Source: a virus. Taken from it: a DNA stretch of 64,000 bases. Below the pieces are notes generated by a model. It was not told where the DNA came from, did no database searches, and was given only the letters and a program-made list of their open reading frames with translations. Of the stretch, positions 30,421 to 41,310 are shown in pieces (position 1 is the first letter of the stretch; each line of letters opens with the position of its first letter). The position numbers and the translations under genes are program-made. Location of the stretch: positions 15,834 to 79,833 of IMG/VR virus record IMGVR_UViG_3300015263_000719; one strand, written 5' to 3'.

Positions 30421-33400
30421 TTAACTTCCTGCTATTAGTCTCCATCTTGAACTTATTGCATCATATCTTAGTATTACTGCACCACCTTCATTAACTCTAT
30501 AATCAACCATTCCTGGTAGAATAAATCTATTTGCAGGAGAGGAAGATGCACTTTCATACTCCAGATTAAATGCTACAGTACCTATATTCCAAATCTCTAC
30601 AATGAATCCATCTTGTGCATGAGATGCCAACATTCCTGTTAAGTAGTGGAATCCTGTAGAGTTATATCTTATTATTCTTGTTTTATCCAGATCACCTGGA
30701 TTGTAGTTGTGATGATCTACATTTCTTGCAGTACCATCTGTTTTGATACCAGTATCTGACCATGCTGAACTGGAGCTAGTCTCCACATCATTCATGGAAA
30801 GTTGATTAGTATTTCCTGAACCATCAGTTACAGTAAGGGTAAGTTGATTAACTAAACCACCACCTTCAAGATGTACATCTGAATAACCTGAACCAACAGT
30901 AGTTGTTGTCAGATTTATCTCTGGACCATCTATTAAGATGTCTCCATCATAACCTGAATTTTCAGAGTGAATACCAATGTATCCATTATTAGGTGAAGCA
31001 CCTGTATCAAATATCTTAATGTATTCATTATCAGCAGTAGCAACTCTTCTGTAAAGACCTACACCATCTGAATCAGCTTCTAAATGATTAGAAGTAGTAG
31101 AATCTACTGAAGATGACCATGCTCCTATTTGAGCAGTTTGTCCTGTACCAACTTTAACAGCTAAGTATTGACTACCTTGTAAGCTATAAGTAATCCATCT
31201 GTTTGCAGTCTCATCCCATTTAGTATAAAGATTACTTGAAGTCAAGCCATCAATAGTTAAACCATATATGTCAAGGTCAACATTTCTATTTGCAGATAGT
31301 ACACCACTATCATCATAAATGTTAGTGTCAGCACCTGCTACACCAGAACCATCAATAGTTATAGTATCACCTGTTATACTTGTGGTTATACCACCTGTAC
31401 CAGTTATAGTAAGAGTATCTACAGGAGAACTTGCAAGGGTGCTACCAGAATCAGAAGTAATAGTTTCCCAAAGATTCTGTGAGGAAGCTCCTGGTTGCCA
31501 TTCACCATATCCATCAGCAACATCAACTAATGTAAATACATACCCTGCAGCTACAGTAGCATCAGATATTCCTTTAGTATTAAGTCTGATTTCAGAAACA
31601 GTACCTGAATTAACAACTGATATTCTACCTGTATTACCAGATGACTCAGTTATCATTTCTACAGATGTACCATTATTCAACTCAACTCTAGTATCATATG
31701 CTGTTACTAAATTCTCTATTCTCAAGAAAGCAGAACCAGCAAAGAAACTCAAGTCATGGTTATATAATGTATCATGTGTCTTACTTATTTGCATCAAACT
31801 ATCAGTATGATTAATAAAGGTAGTTTGAGTACCTGCTGAATTAGATGCAGTCCTTGTATAAATATTATCATTAAAGATTTCACTCATACTATCACCACCT
31901 GAAACTGTTACATCTCTTAATAATTCATCATAATCCCATTGCTGAGTAGAGCTTGTAGCTCCTTGAACAAAGTTAAAGATAAGAGTTTCAGCAGCAGTAC
32001 CAGATAAAGTTCTTGTTTCAGTAGCTGTAATTGAACCATCAGTGTCATATATAGTTGTATCAGAACCACCTGCTCCTATGTAATCTATAGTTAAAGTATC
32101 TCCTACAATTGTAGTGGATATATCAGTACCACCTAATATTTCAAGTGCATCAGTTGGTGTACTTGCTACTGTTGAGCCTGTATCTGCTACAATAGTATAC
32201 CAGATATTCTGTAATGAACCAGCAGCATATGGTACTTCTATTACATTACCAGTAGCATCTACTAATAAATAGTAAGCAGGAGTACCAGTAAATGTACCAA
32301 CACCATAACTATTAAGCTGTAAAGCTCCAGCAGTAGTCATCTCTAACCTTGCACCACTGGTCATACTGAAGTTATTAATCAGTTTAAATGTATCAGAATC
32401 ACTATTATCAATCCCTAAACTCCAGTTAGTTGAACCATTAATAGAGAAATACATAAAAGGATCACCTCCACCATCTTCTGTTTGAAGTGTTAATCTAAAA
32501 TGAGCTGATGTACCAGGATCAGCATTTCTAAGAAGCCATCCTGTAAAACCATTATTATCATATCTTGAGTATAAATATTGAGAAGGTACAGCATCATCAA
32601 AGTTAATAAACTGTGTACCAGTCCATCTCCACCATAATGAATCTGTAAGTGTAGCTACTACTGAAGTTGGAACAGTACCTGAACCAACATATATACCAGT
32701 ATCAACTCCACCACCTCCAGGAATAGGTTCTTCTATAACATTACCTGATGCATCAACAGCCAAGTAATAAGTTGCAGTTCCTGTAAAAGATCCAAGACCA
32801 TAATCATTCCACTGCCATTGACCACCATCAAAGACTGCTTTAGTAGCACCATCATAAATCCACTCAAAACCATTAAATGCATTACTATATTGGAATACAC
32901 CTAAATCACTACCAGATTCATTTTGAAAAGCTATAAAGTTAGTACCTGTATCACCTGATACCATAACTATTCCAGCATCATCACCAGTAGTATTACTATG
33001 TTGAACCATTAACTGACCACCACCATAATAAAAAGTAGGAGTAGCACCTGATTCATAAACTCTTAAAATAGCTTGTGTTGTACCTGCAACAGTATCACCA
33101 ACAGTAACACTATGTCCAGATACATCAATATGCATTATATTTTCAGTAGGACTCTCAAAGAAAAGATCAAAAGTATTCATATAGATATAACTATTTCTAG
33201 TCATATCTGCAGCTCCTGTACCTGATGCAGTGTTACCAAGCTGAATATCATTGGCAACTTTTTGTAAAGCATTAGATGCAGTAGTAACTGCACCAGCTCC
33301 AGTATTAGTAATAGTAATAGTATCACCTACAATAGCTGTAGCAATACCTGCACCACCTACTATATTGAATACATCAGCAGTAGTATTTGCTGTTGTAGAA

Positions 33401-34434
33401 CCTGCATCTCCTGTAAATGTAGCCCAAAGATTTGGTGTTACAGAGAGAACATTGGAATAATCTATTTTCTTGAGAGAATTATCAGTAGCATCCCACAATA
33501 ATAAGTAGTCTCCTGTAACTGGTGTTACAGCAGTCTTATTGGATATGATAGATTCATGTGCAATAAGAGCTGAAGGACTAGTGCTTTCTACTTCTCCTGT
33601 ATGTAATTGGTTAGGATCATCATTTGTAATTGTTATAGTATTAGGTGTAATTGTAGTAGTTATACTTGTTCCACCAACTATATTAAGGAAATCTGTAGTA
33701 GATGCTGCAGCATATGAACCAACATCACCTATAACATTAGTATAGACATTTTGATCAGGATCTCCTGCAATAGTAGTAATGTCTACTTCAAGCAAAGTAC
33801 CATCAGTAGCAAATATTGGTGCATATGTAGATTGAACCTTTCCAAGATTCACATCTGTTTTAACACCTGTACCATAATCATCCCATTGCATGTTACCATG
33901 ACCTATGTTATAATTATTAGAAGCATTGATTTCAAAACCTGTTGAAAAAGAATCATTATAATCTCCTAAAAATACTTGTTGACTAGGTACATCTATACCT
34001 ACTCCTATACCATTAGTAACATTATCAAAGTCACCAAGATGTACTTCTCCTCCACCTACATTGGATTCAAGATATATTTGTGTACTGGAACTTCCTACTT
34101 TCCACCATGCATTAAGATCATCTTCAGTATTAAACCAAAGAAACTTTCCATCATGAGTAACAGTTCTATTTGTTTGAATAGAATCATCATCAGTATAGAT
34201 ATTCTTTGTAACATAAGGTGTAGTATCCCATACAATTACATTATTATTTAATGCCCAGCTAAACCATTGTCCTAGTTCTATTGAATAATTAGGAACAGTA
34301 GGTGTAGGTTGAACAAGTCCCATATGACTTGTCTTCCTAACAGTTCTTTCAGACCTGAAAATATTATCAGGAATGAATAATTTATCAGGAAACCTATCTG
34401 GTGCATTTCTATTAGGTCTAAATATTCCAGCCAT
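30421..34434 (-). CDS. Long fibre protein (1337 aa)
   Basis: Four Q/P-N-(L/I/V)(W/Y)..I..D.GS..A....D.L.I.GG..I.T.I..DT.TI repeats; C-terminal LRYDAISSRWR domain; N-terminus shared with the 221 and 279 aa ORFs. Confidence 0.8.
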   Translation of the reverse strand: MAGIFRPNRNAPDRFPDKLFIPDNIFRSERTVRKTSHMGLVQPTPTVPNYSIELGQWFSWALNNNVIVWDTTPYVTKNIYTDDDSIQTNRTVTHDGKFLWFNTEDDLNAWWKVGSSSTQIYLESNVGGGEVHLGDFDNVTNGIGVGIDVPSQQVFLGDYNDSFSTGFEINASNNYNIGHGNMQWDDYGTGVKTDVNLGKVQSTYAPIFATDGTLLEVDITTIAGDPDQNVYTNVIGDVGSYAAASTTDFLNIVGGTSITTTITPNTITITNDDPNQLHTGEVESTSPSALIAHESIISNKTAVTPVTGDYLLLWDATDNSLKKIDYSNVLSVTPNLWATFTGDAGSTTANTTADVFNIVGGAGIATAIVGDTITITNTGAGAVTTASNALQKVANDIQLGNTASGTGAADMTRNSYIYMNTFDLFFESPTENIMHIDVSGHSVTVGDTVAGTTQAILRVYESGATPTFYYGGGQLMVQHSNTTGDDAGIVMVSGDTGTNFIAFQNESGSDLGVFQYSNAFNGFEWIYDGATKAVFDGGQWQWNDYGLGSFTGTATYYLAVDASGNVIEEPIPGGGGVDTGIYVGSGTVPTSVVATLTDSLWWRWTGTQFINFDDAVPSQYLYSRYDNNGFTGWLLRNADPGTSAHFRLTLQTEDGGGDPFMYFSINGSTNWSLGIDNSDSDTFKLINNFSMTSGARLEMTTAGALQLNSYGVGTFTGTPAYYLLVDATGNVIEVPYAAGSLQNIWYTIVADTGSTVASTPTDALEILGGTDISTTIVGDTLTIDYIGAGGSDTTIYDTDGSITATETRTLSGTAAETLIFNFVQGATSSTQQWDYDELLRDVTVSGGDSMSEIFNDNIYTRTASNSAGTQTTFINHTDSLMQISKTHDTLYNHDLSFFAGSAFLRIENLVTAYDTRVELNNGTSVEMITESSGNTGRISVVNSGTVSEIRLNTKGISDATVAAGYVFTLVDVADGYGEWQPGASSQNLWETITSDSGSTLASSPVDTLTITGTGGITTSITGDTITIDGSGVAGADTNIYDDSGVLSANRNVDLDIYGLTIDGLTSSNLYTKWDETANRWITYSLQGSQYLAVKVGTGQTAQIGAWSSSVDSTTSNHLEADSDGVGLYRRVATADNEYIKIFDTGASPNNGYIGIHSENSGYDGDILIDGPEINLTTTTVGSGYSDVHLEGGGLVNQLTLTVTDGSGNTNQLSMNDVETSSSSAWSDTGIKTDGTARNVDHHNYNPGDLDKTRIIRYNSTGFHYLTGMLASHAQDGFIVEIWNIGTVAFNLEYESASSSPANRFILPGMVDYRVNEGGAVILRYDAISSRWRLIAGS

Positions 34435-34444
34435 TATTATATTT

Positions 34445-35986
34445 TTATGTCATTCTTGTGTGTAAAGTTTGCTCTGTAAGATTATAATAAACCTGTCCTA
34501 CATTACAACTACCTGTTGCTGCTGCAGTATCATCCACATATACTCCTTGATACATCTCATGATTTTCATACAACCATATAACTGATTGTACTTTATCAAA
34601 AGAAAAGTAATGTATTGTTTGTGGTCCATTAGAACTACCACCTGTAACATCATCAAAGGATGTAAGTCCAACCATCATAGTTGGGCTACTGTTACTATCT
34701 AATACAAATGAGAAGTTACCTTCTACATCATAAATATTACCTGGTCCTTCTGGAGATTCCTGATAAATATAAGTAACAGCTTTAGGTCTGATAGAATCCT
34801 GACCATTAGCTAACCATGCATCTATATCAAAACATGTAATTCTCATCTGTCCTTCATCTCCAGTCTGTCTCATGTGATAAGCTATCAATGCATATCTCTT
34901 ACCATTTTGATATACTATATCCCAATAAGGCAGACATGATTTAGTAGCTGATTCTTCTCCAAGACTAACTCCTACACCTTCTAGTTTTAAGAAACCAGAT
35001 TGGTAGTTACCATCTTGAATGTCTTGAAAAGTCAATGTTTCATTCTCACCTGCCCATGTTAAACCATAATCATGACTTACCATAATAAAAGGATAATGTT
35101 CTGAATCATCATTATAGTCAGAAAATCTGCTTATAATAATCCATGTACCATTACCTAAATCTTTCATCATGTGTTCACCAAAGTTCCATCCCTTATCTGT
35201 ATTGTCAAGAGCTGTACTTCTAATAGACCAAGTAAGACCATCATCAAATGATTGTGCTATCCTACAGTATCTACTGGCTTGAATATCTCTATATGTGATA
35301 CATATTTCTCCTTGTGGTCCAACTACAAGTTCATCATAATAGACATAACCTATAGAATTAGGAGCCCAACCTTCAGCAGCTTGAGTCCATGTAGTACCAT
35401 TATCATCTGAATAATATGTTCTATTCTCTGTGTATGTATTACCACTATTAAAGAATCTTACAAACATAAGTATTCTTCCAGTAGGTGTCTGACATACTGC
35501 TGGAGCATCAAAGCCACCATTACCATCATCCTGTAGTATAATATCTGCATCAGACAAAGTATCTTTACTAGCCCATGTAGCACCACCATCTGTAGAAATA
35601 GCTTGATATATACTTGAATCAGAAAAATCAGAGTGGTTAGTAGCACCTCTAAAGTAAGCATGTAATTCACCATTGTTGGAGTTCTTGAACATGCTAGGCA
35701 TGTTAAAATAGTCCTTACTATCTGTATCTTCAGCAAAGGAATATCTTTGAATAGTTCCTGTACCTAGTGTTTTGTCTAAAAAAGTTGTTTCCTCATCATA
35801 ATATGTTCCAACCTGCACTAGAGTTTTAGTAGTTTCATTGTAGTAATAATCACCTGGTTGAACACCATTGTTAATAGCTTCTTCTTCAGATGAATAATAA
35901 CCAACACTTAAACCATTGCCTTGTTTTAGTAGTAAGAAATGTAACCATTCAAGCTCTGTATATTGTTTACCTCTGTATAACCTCAT
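34445..35986 (-). CDS. Sialidase-like (BNR/Asp-box beta-propeller) spike or depolymerase
   Basis: Four Asp boxes: STDGGATW, SDDNGTTW, SFDDGLTW, SHDYGLTW. Confidence 0.8.
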   Translation of the reverse strand: MRLYRGKQYTELEWLHFLLLKQGNGLSVGYYSSEEEAINNGVQPGDYYYNETTKTLVQVGTYYDEETTFLDKTLGTGTIQRYSFAEDTDSKDYFNMPSMFKNSNNGELHAYFRGATNHSDFSDSSIYQAISTDGGATWASKDTLSDADIILQDDGNGGFDAPAVCQTPTGRILMFVRFFNSGNTYTENRTYYSDDNGTTWTQAAEGWAPNSIGYVYYDELVVGPQGEICITYRDIQASRYCRIAQSFDDGLTWSIRSTALDNTDKGWNFGEHMMKDLGNGTWIIISRFSDYNDDSEHYPFIMVSHDYGLTWAGENETLTFQDIQDGNYQSGFLKLEGVGVSLGEESATKSCLPYWDIVYQNGKRYALIAYHMRQTGDEGQMRITCFDIDAWLANGQDSIRPKAVTYIYQESPEGPGNIYDVEGNFSFVLDSNSSPTMMVGLTSFDDVTGGSSNGPQTIHYFSFDKVQSVIWLYENHEMYQGVYVDDTAAATGSCNVGQVYYNLTEQTLHTRMT

Positions 35987-36095
35987 TATAAGTGTATTAA
36001 TAATATTATTATGATAACCAATAAGAGTGCTGCTATCACAGATAACAACACAATTATTGGTATTATGTTTATTATTGGAGCATTATTATTTACTC

Positions 36096-36761
36096 CTAGC
36101 TCATCCGTGTGTGTATACCACCTGTAGTAGTATTAAAATAGTGTTCTCCTACTATAACTCCACCAGCAGATGCAGCAGCATCATTGGCATAAGAAGCAGT
36201 AGAATCAGCTACAAGGTCAAAACCATTGAATTGAAATGCTGCTGAAACTGAATCATCAATTTCAAACACATTTGAATTTCCTGAAGCTGTAATATCACCC
36301 ATTCTAATAGCTACACCATCATAAGCATCTAAATCTACAGCAGAACCATTAAATCTTAAATATCCAATAGCACCATCATTATTCTTACCCAAGACAACTA
36401 AGCTTGAAGCAGAATTGATAAGTAAACCACCTGAAGTATTTCCAAAGTCTGTAATAGAAAATGAAGTACCAGCACCAATAGTATGTGCTCTACTTTCAGT
36501 AGTAGTAAAATTAGTATTTGCAAAATTAGTATCAGCACCTGTAATGCTAATCCAACCTTGATTAATAGCGTAAGTTATCCACTCTCCTAATTCTATACCA
36601 TAACCCTTTACACCACCAGTAACAGAAGATTGTGTAGCATTATTCCCAAGCTGAGAACCCAGTACATTTCTTTTGTTTGGTAATCTTTCGGGGAGGTCTA
36701 ACCAGACTTTATCTGGATACCTAGCAAATTTACTTTTGAAATTGCCTCGAAATAATCCCAT
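36096..36761 (-). CDS. Short fibre protein (head-fibre-like)
   Basis: Shared N-terminal RYP...YGIELGEW...GWI domain; C-terminal YANDAAA..GG...G..Y.N...IHTRMS. Confidence 0.6.
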   Translation of the reverse strand: MGLFRGNFKSKFARYPDKVWLDLPERLPNKRNVLGSQLGNNATQSSVTGGVKGYGIELGEWITYAINQGWISITGADTNFANTNFTTTESRAHTIGAGTSFSITDFGNTSGGLLINSASSLVVLGKNNDGAIGYLRFNGSAVDLDAYDGVAIRMGDITASGNSNVFEIDDSVSAAFQFNGFDLVADSTASYANDAAASAGGVIVGEHYFNTTTGGIHTRMS

Positions 36762-36791
36762 TTTATTTTATTTTTATTTTATATTAACTTA

Positions 36792-37631
36792 TTAATGTAA
36801 AGCAGTCCATGTACCATTTACATATCCCCAGAATCCAATCTGAGTAATAGCTCCTGAAGTAGATGTTGCATATACTATCATACCGTTACTTGGAGTAAGT
36901 GCTACTACTTGAGCTCCTGTCATTCTAGGCATAATTACTCCACCTGTTGTAGAAGAAAAAGTAAAGTCTCCTGTTTGATCATTTATAGTTAAGAAGGTTG
37001 TATTTCCATTATCATCATAATCTCCTAATGCTATCATAGCATTTACAGTAGTTCCAGCATTATAATGTCCTTGTATCTTTACAGCAGTAGTAGATAATGG
37101 ATCATTAGTAATTAAAATATGTCCTCCATTATAGTCTTCAGAACTAACAGTATATCCCATTGTGAGATTACCAGTAGCAGCTCTCATAGTTAGATTAGAT
37201 CCAGTACCTACTTGAAAGAAAGGTCTATCAATAGTACCCCATTCAGTAGAACTAATTCTAACATAGCCAGAAGTAGCATTTCTACCTAGTCTAAGCTGAA
37301 ATTGATTTTCATCAGCATCACCATCATATATATTAAAATCGAAAGTCTCTGTAGTTTCAGATAAACCTATAGTGTGACTTCTACTAGTAGATGAAGTTAA
37401 GTTTGTATTAAAAGCATTAGTGTTTGTATCACCATTAGCTATCCAACCTTGTGCAATAGCATGACTAACCCAGTCAGCTAAATCAACACCATATGTTCCT
37501 TTAGCTGGATTATGTCTAGGAGTAGATTGAGAAATACTAGCCATATTATTAGCCTTTGCAGACTTTCTAATATTAGCTCTATCTTTTATATTATTAACCA
37601 CTAAATTCCGTGGATATCTTTCATTAGCCAT
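36792..37631 (-). CDS. Short fibre protein (head-fibre-like)
   Basis: Shared N-terminal domain; C-terminal GGVIMPRMT...P.NGMIVY...GFWGYVNGTW, typical of Bacteroidota fibre repeats. Confidence 0.65.
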   Translation of the reverse strand: MANERYPRNLVVNNIKDRANIRKSAKANNMASISQSTPRHNPAKGTYGVDLADWVSHAIAQGWIANGDTNTNAFNTNLTSSTSRSHTIGLSETTETFDFNIYDGDADENQFQLRLGRNATSGYVRISSTEWGTIDRPFFQVGTGSNLTMRAATGNLTMGYTVSSEDYNGGHILITNDPLSTTAVKIQGHYNAGTTVNAMIALGDYDDNGNTTFLTINDQTGDFTFSSTTGGVIMPRMTGAQVVALTPSNGMIVYATSTSGAITQIGFWGYVNGTWTALH

Positions 37632-37643
37632 ATTCTATGTATT

Positions 37644-37674
37644 AAAAAAAAGGAGATTCGATTGAATCTCCTTT
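37644..37674 (-). terminator. Intrinsic terminator after the auxiliary capsid gene
   Basis: GGAGATTC/GAATCTCC stem followed by T8 on the minus strand. Confidence 0.85.
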
Positions 37675-37686
37675 ATAAGTTAATTA

Positions 37687-39381
37687 TTACCCAAAGTAGA
37701 CTCCTGTTCCCAAGTCCATTCCTGAAGGATCTGATGATCCATCTGGAGCAGCTAATCCTGGTAAGTTAGGATCTAAATTAAGAGTAAATGCTTTACCATA
37801 TTCCCTGGCTGAATCTAACCAATATCCTAAGATACCATTGAGGTCAGTAACTGTTGTAGGTTGATCGTTTACACAATTGTAAACAGTAACTACATTACCA
37901 GATACAGAAGCAACTGTGCCAGCAATAGTAGCTTCAACAGTTGTTGCAAAATCTGCAGCAGTTCCATCATAACCTACATTAGCACCAGCTACACCATCAA
38001 CTGCAGAATCATTCTCAAATACTATACTACCAAGAGTAATAGTATCTCCATCATTAGGTGCAAGAGTAACTACATCATAGCTACCAGCAACACCAGCTTC
38101 AACACAAGTACAAGTAGTACTCATGAGAACAATAACTCTTTTTTGAGTTTGTTGATCTGTAGTAAGTGAAGGATCAGTATCCCAAAAATCAATTATAAAA
38201 GCAGAATAATCCAATGTTTCATCAATTCCATTAGGAATATCAATTACATTGTCTTTATGCCCTGTTAATTGAAGATTGTATTGACCTCCAAATGCTCTGG
38301 AATCATATCTAATCCTCCATTGACGACCAGATGTTCCACCATCATAAGCATTGGAAATTTTCAAACTTGAGAATAATGGATCAATTCTTAAACCATCTGC
38401 AAGCTCAACATCAACTCTTACCTTAGTAGAATAAATGTCATCATAAGCTTCACCGATATCCTGATCTAGTCCCATAACTACAAAGCTGTCAATTGCAGGA
38501 GTACCAGCAGTACCAGCAGTTCCAATATTAACCAACTCAATTGTAGAAGCAGCAGTAAATGGAGTTGAGCTATTAGTCAACCAATCATTTACAGTTTCTA
38601 CAAAAGCAGCATCTGCAATATAGTTATTAGTAATAGTAGTACCATTACGACTTGTTACTATTACAGGAATGACATCACCACATGCAATTGTACCCAAGGC
38701 AGTACCAACACCACCTGATACATCAATACCAAATGCAATTACTGGTTTGTTACCTTTAGAAGTATACTTTGGTGAAGTACTTACAGCTTGAGATTGCAAG
38801 TTAACCTTATGAATAAGATTAGCAAGCAAATGTGCCTGAGTATCAACGATAGCAGCTAAAGCTGAATATTCAGGTGACTGATAAGTAACTGGCAAAGTAT
38901 CTACATTATTACCGTAGTCTCTGTCATTTCTAACAGATCTCATTTCAATATACATTTTGTATTGTGTCAAATCAGCAGGAACTGCTGCATCGAAATTCCA
39001 AAATGCTTGAGAGCCATAAGTAGGAGTTGTGCTCAATCTTGCAGAAAAAGATCTAATCTTATTTCTGTGAAGAATAGCTGACTCATTATGACCTCTACGG
39101 ATATCCCAACCTCTAACTGAAGAAGTGTTAGCTGAATAAACAGTTCCACCCACCAATTTGATAGAATCCACATCTAAAGCAGATGTAGAAGCTGGCATGA
39201 AATCTCCGAAATTAAGACCTGGTAAATTCACATTATGAGTAGCTACAAGTACTCCTAACTGTCCATTAGTAATATTAACGGAGTTAGTAGTAGTTGAAAG
39301 CTGACCTGCAGCCTGTAAATTTTGATCTCCAGTTGGAACAAAAATTTGTTCCAAATGTGGCATATTATTTCTTTTAGCCAT
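37687..39381 (-). CDS. Auxiliary capsid (decoration) protein
   Basis: Third gene after the MCP, as in crAss-like phages; followed by a terminator. Confidence 0.65.
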   Translation of the reverse strand: MAKRNNMPHLEQIFVPTGDQNLQAAGQLSTTTNSVNITNGQLGVLVATHNVNLPGLNFGDFMPASTSALDVDSIKLVGGTVYSANTSSVRGWDIRRGHNESAILHRNKIRSFSARLSTTPTYGSQAFWNFDAAVPADLTQYKMYIEMRSVRNDRDYGNNVDTLPVTYQSPEYSALAAIVDTQAHLLANLIHKVNLQSQAVSTSPKYTSKGNKPVIAFGIDVSGGVGTALGTIACGDVIPVIVTSRNGTTITNNYIADAAFVETVNDWLTNSSTPFTAASTIELVNIGTAGTAGTPAIDSFVVMGLDQDIGEAYDDIYSTKVRVDVELADGLRIDPLFSSLKISNAYDGGTSGRQWRIRYDSRAFGGQYNLQLTGHKDNVIDIPNGIDETLDYSAFIIDFWDTDPSLTTDQQTQKRVIVLMSTTCTCVEAGVAGSYDVVTLAPNDGDTITLGSIVFENDSAVDGVAGANVGYDGTAADFATTVEATIAGTVASVSGNVVTVYNCVNDQPTTVTDLNGILGYWLDSAREYGKAFTLNLDPNLPGLAAPDGSSDPSGMDLGTGVYFG

Positions 39382-39406
39382 TTTGTTTAAAATTTTAAAA
39401 AATTAT

Positions 39407-40162
39407 TTAATGTCCTATCTCAGTAATTCTTGTTTTCCTGAGATTAAATCCGTCAACATCTACAATAATTCTAGTAGCTTCCTGAACTGCTATATCTAAT
39501 ACCAGATCATGATACTGACTAGGTAAGTCACAGTTGACTTGTGGCTTAATTCCTGGAGAAGGATTTGCTAAAGTTGGAACATCTGTATAAGTACCTAAAG
39601 CAACCTCTGCAGGTTCTTTCAAGTATTCAATATAAAGTCCATCAATTTCAAACTCTCCATTAGTGTATACATATAAACTATATTCAGTATTTGGATCAGA
39701 ACTTCCTTTAATTTGACCTATAGCTCTCTGCCATAATTTAGAAGGAGCTTTGTCAACATCTTCAAGTGTTCTGTATAAATTCTGAGTTCTGTCAATGTTC
39801 ACTGTAAAAAAATCATCACAATCAGTTATCTTTACTTTAGCTGTAATAAAGTGAGCATAAGGTTTAGATAAACCTGAAAGATCAAATTCATAGTATTTCA
39901 AAGTTGAATTAAAATTAGTAGGAGCAAGAAGAGGTTCATTAGAAACTACAAGAGTTGCTAACATATCTGTTCTTTGTTGAGTTACTTCAAAGCCTAATTT
40001 ATAGCCTTTTCTATTCTCACCAGACCAGAATATTTCCTCATATTCTCTTATTCCTCTATTGATGAATAAATCTATTTCAGCAGCCGAAAATGTTTTTTTA
40101 TGATTTGAGTTAACCTTATTATATAATATTGGAAACTCTACATGCATTTTCTCTATTACCAT
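39407..40162 (-). CDS. Head-tail ring/adaptor protein
   Basis: EIDLFINR, GFEVTQQRTDMLATLV, YLKEP and CDLP..YH..V.DIAV motifs; synteny. Confidence 0.75.
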   Translation of the reverse strand: MVIEKMHVEFPILYNKVNSNHKKTFSAAEIDLFINRGIREYEEIFWSGENRKGYKLGFEVTQQRTDMLATLVVSNEPLLAPTNFNSTLKYYEFDLSGLSKPYAHFITAKVKITDCDDFFTVNIDRTQNLYRTLEDVDKAPSKLWQRAIGQIKGSSDPNTEYSLYVYTNGEFEIDGLYIEYLKEPAEVALGTYTDVPTLANPSPGIKPQVNCDLPSQYHDLVLDIAVQEATRIIVDVDGFNLRKTRITEIGH

Positions 40163-41274
40163 TATTCTTCAGTTTTAATTCCTTTAGTTTTTAATTCCTG
40201 TAATAAGTCATTATAGTGATTCTCTACTATATCTTCTTCACCATATTTAATGAATTCATCATAGAAAAGTTTAAACACTTTTTTCTCATTACTTCCAAGA
40301 TCAAATAAATTACTTACATCTTTCTTTGAATGCCAAATGTAGTGACCTGAATTAACAGACATTACATGTGAATTTAAAGCTTGTTGAATAAGATATTTAA
40401 TCCATAATTTTTCAAGACCTTCCTTACCTTGTTGAATCAACGCATAAAGTTCATTGAACTTATCAATGTTCTTTAATTGAGTCTTAGTGTTGGAAGCAAT
40501 AAAGGAGTTTAATGCTCCTTTCAAGGTATGTTCATTAACAATACCTTTTACTTGACCTAGTACAACAGCAACCTGATATCTCACAAAGAAAGTAAAATTC
40601 CTTCTTAAAAGAGTTAAATCAGTAATTGCGTCATTAATAATATCTTGTTTGTTGTTTCTTTCAATTACTGCTTCATCTTCAGTTGCAATAAAAAAGTCAT
40701 GTTTTGACGGATTAATTGCATCTTTGTCTTTAGCAATCTTTTTAGAAACTTTAGCCAGCTCCATGATTAAAGCAGATCTTAGAGTTGTATCATCCAACCT
40801 GTTTGATCTATCATAGAATACTGCCTGAAATGTCTCAAGATAATTTGCTTTATCACTATCTTTTCTTTGTCTTAAAGAAAAGTGTAGATTTTTCTGATCA
40901 GTTAAGAATCCTTCTGGTTTATTAAATCGTACTTCTAATTCTAATTGTTTGGTGATTTCTGGATATGTAACAAGTTTTTCAACTTGATTCATCCAGTTAG
41001 CTCCTACAAAATAATGTTCTGGAAGACCCTCATTTACATTTTTCGGATCTTTGTTATACCAGGGATTGTCAACCATTCTTCCTAATCCTGTTACAATAGC
41101 TGTTCCATCTGAAGTTGCAGGAAAATTATAAATCTTACCTACATCTTTTGCAAAACTTCTATTGGCATTTATTAATTCTCCCGTTGGAGAAACATAGTGA
41201 TAATTTGATCTACCTTGTACAGAAGTTCTCTGTACTGGTTTGATAAACATTGTTGTCACTGTACGCTTTTTCAT
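40162..41274 (-). CDS. Conserved structural protein after the MCP (portal-vertex auxiliary-like)
   Basis: Synteny with the crAss capsid module. Confidence 0.6.
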   Translation of the reverse strand: MKKRTVTTMFIKPVQRTSVQGRSNYHYVSPTGELINANRSFAKDVGKIYNFPATSDGTAIVTGLGRMVDNPWYNKDPKNVNEGLPEHYFVGANWMNQVEKLVTYPEITKQLELEVRFNKPEGFLTDQKNLHFSLRQRKDSDKANYLETFQAVFYDRSNRLDDTTLRSALIMELAKVSKKIAKDKDAINPSKHDFFIATEDEAVIERNNKQDIINDAITDLTLLRRNFTFFVRYQVAVVLGQVKGIVNEHTLKGALNSFIASNTKTQLKNIDKFNELYALIQQGKEGLEKLWIKYLIQQALNSHVMSVNSGHYIWHSKKDVSNLFDLGSNEKKVFKLFYDEFIKYGEEDIVENHYNDLLQELKTKGIKTEE

Positions 41275-41310
41275 AGCTTTTAACTTTTTTCGTTAGTTAT
41301 AATATGACAT

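Noticed and set aside
26364-34434. DGR or invertible tail-fibre cassette
   Set aside because: No reverse transcriptase or recombinase in the window; repeats are degenerate protein-level modules, not adenine-specific TR/VR pairs
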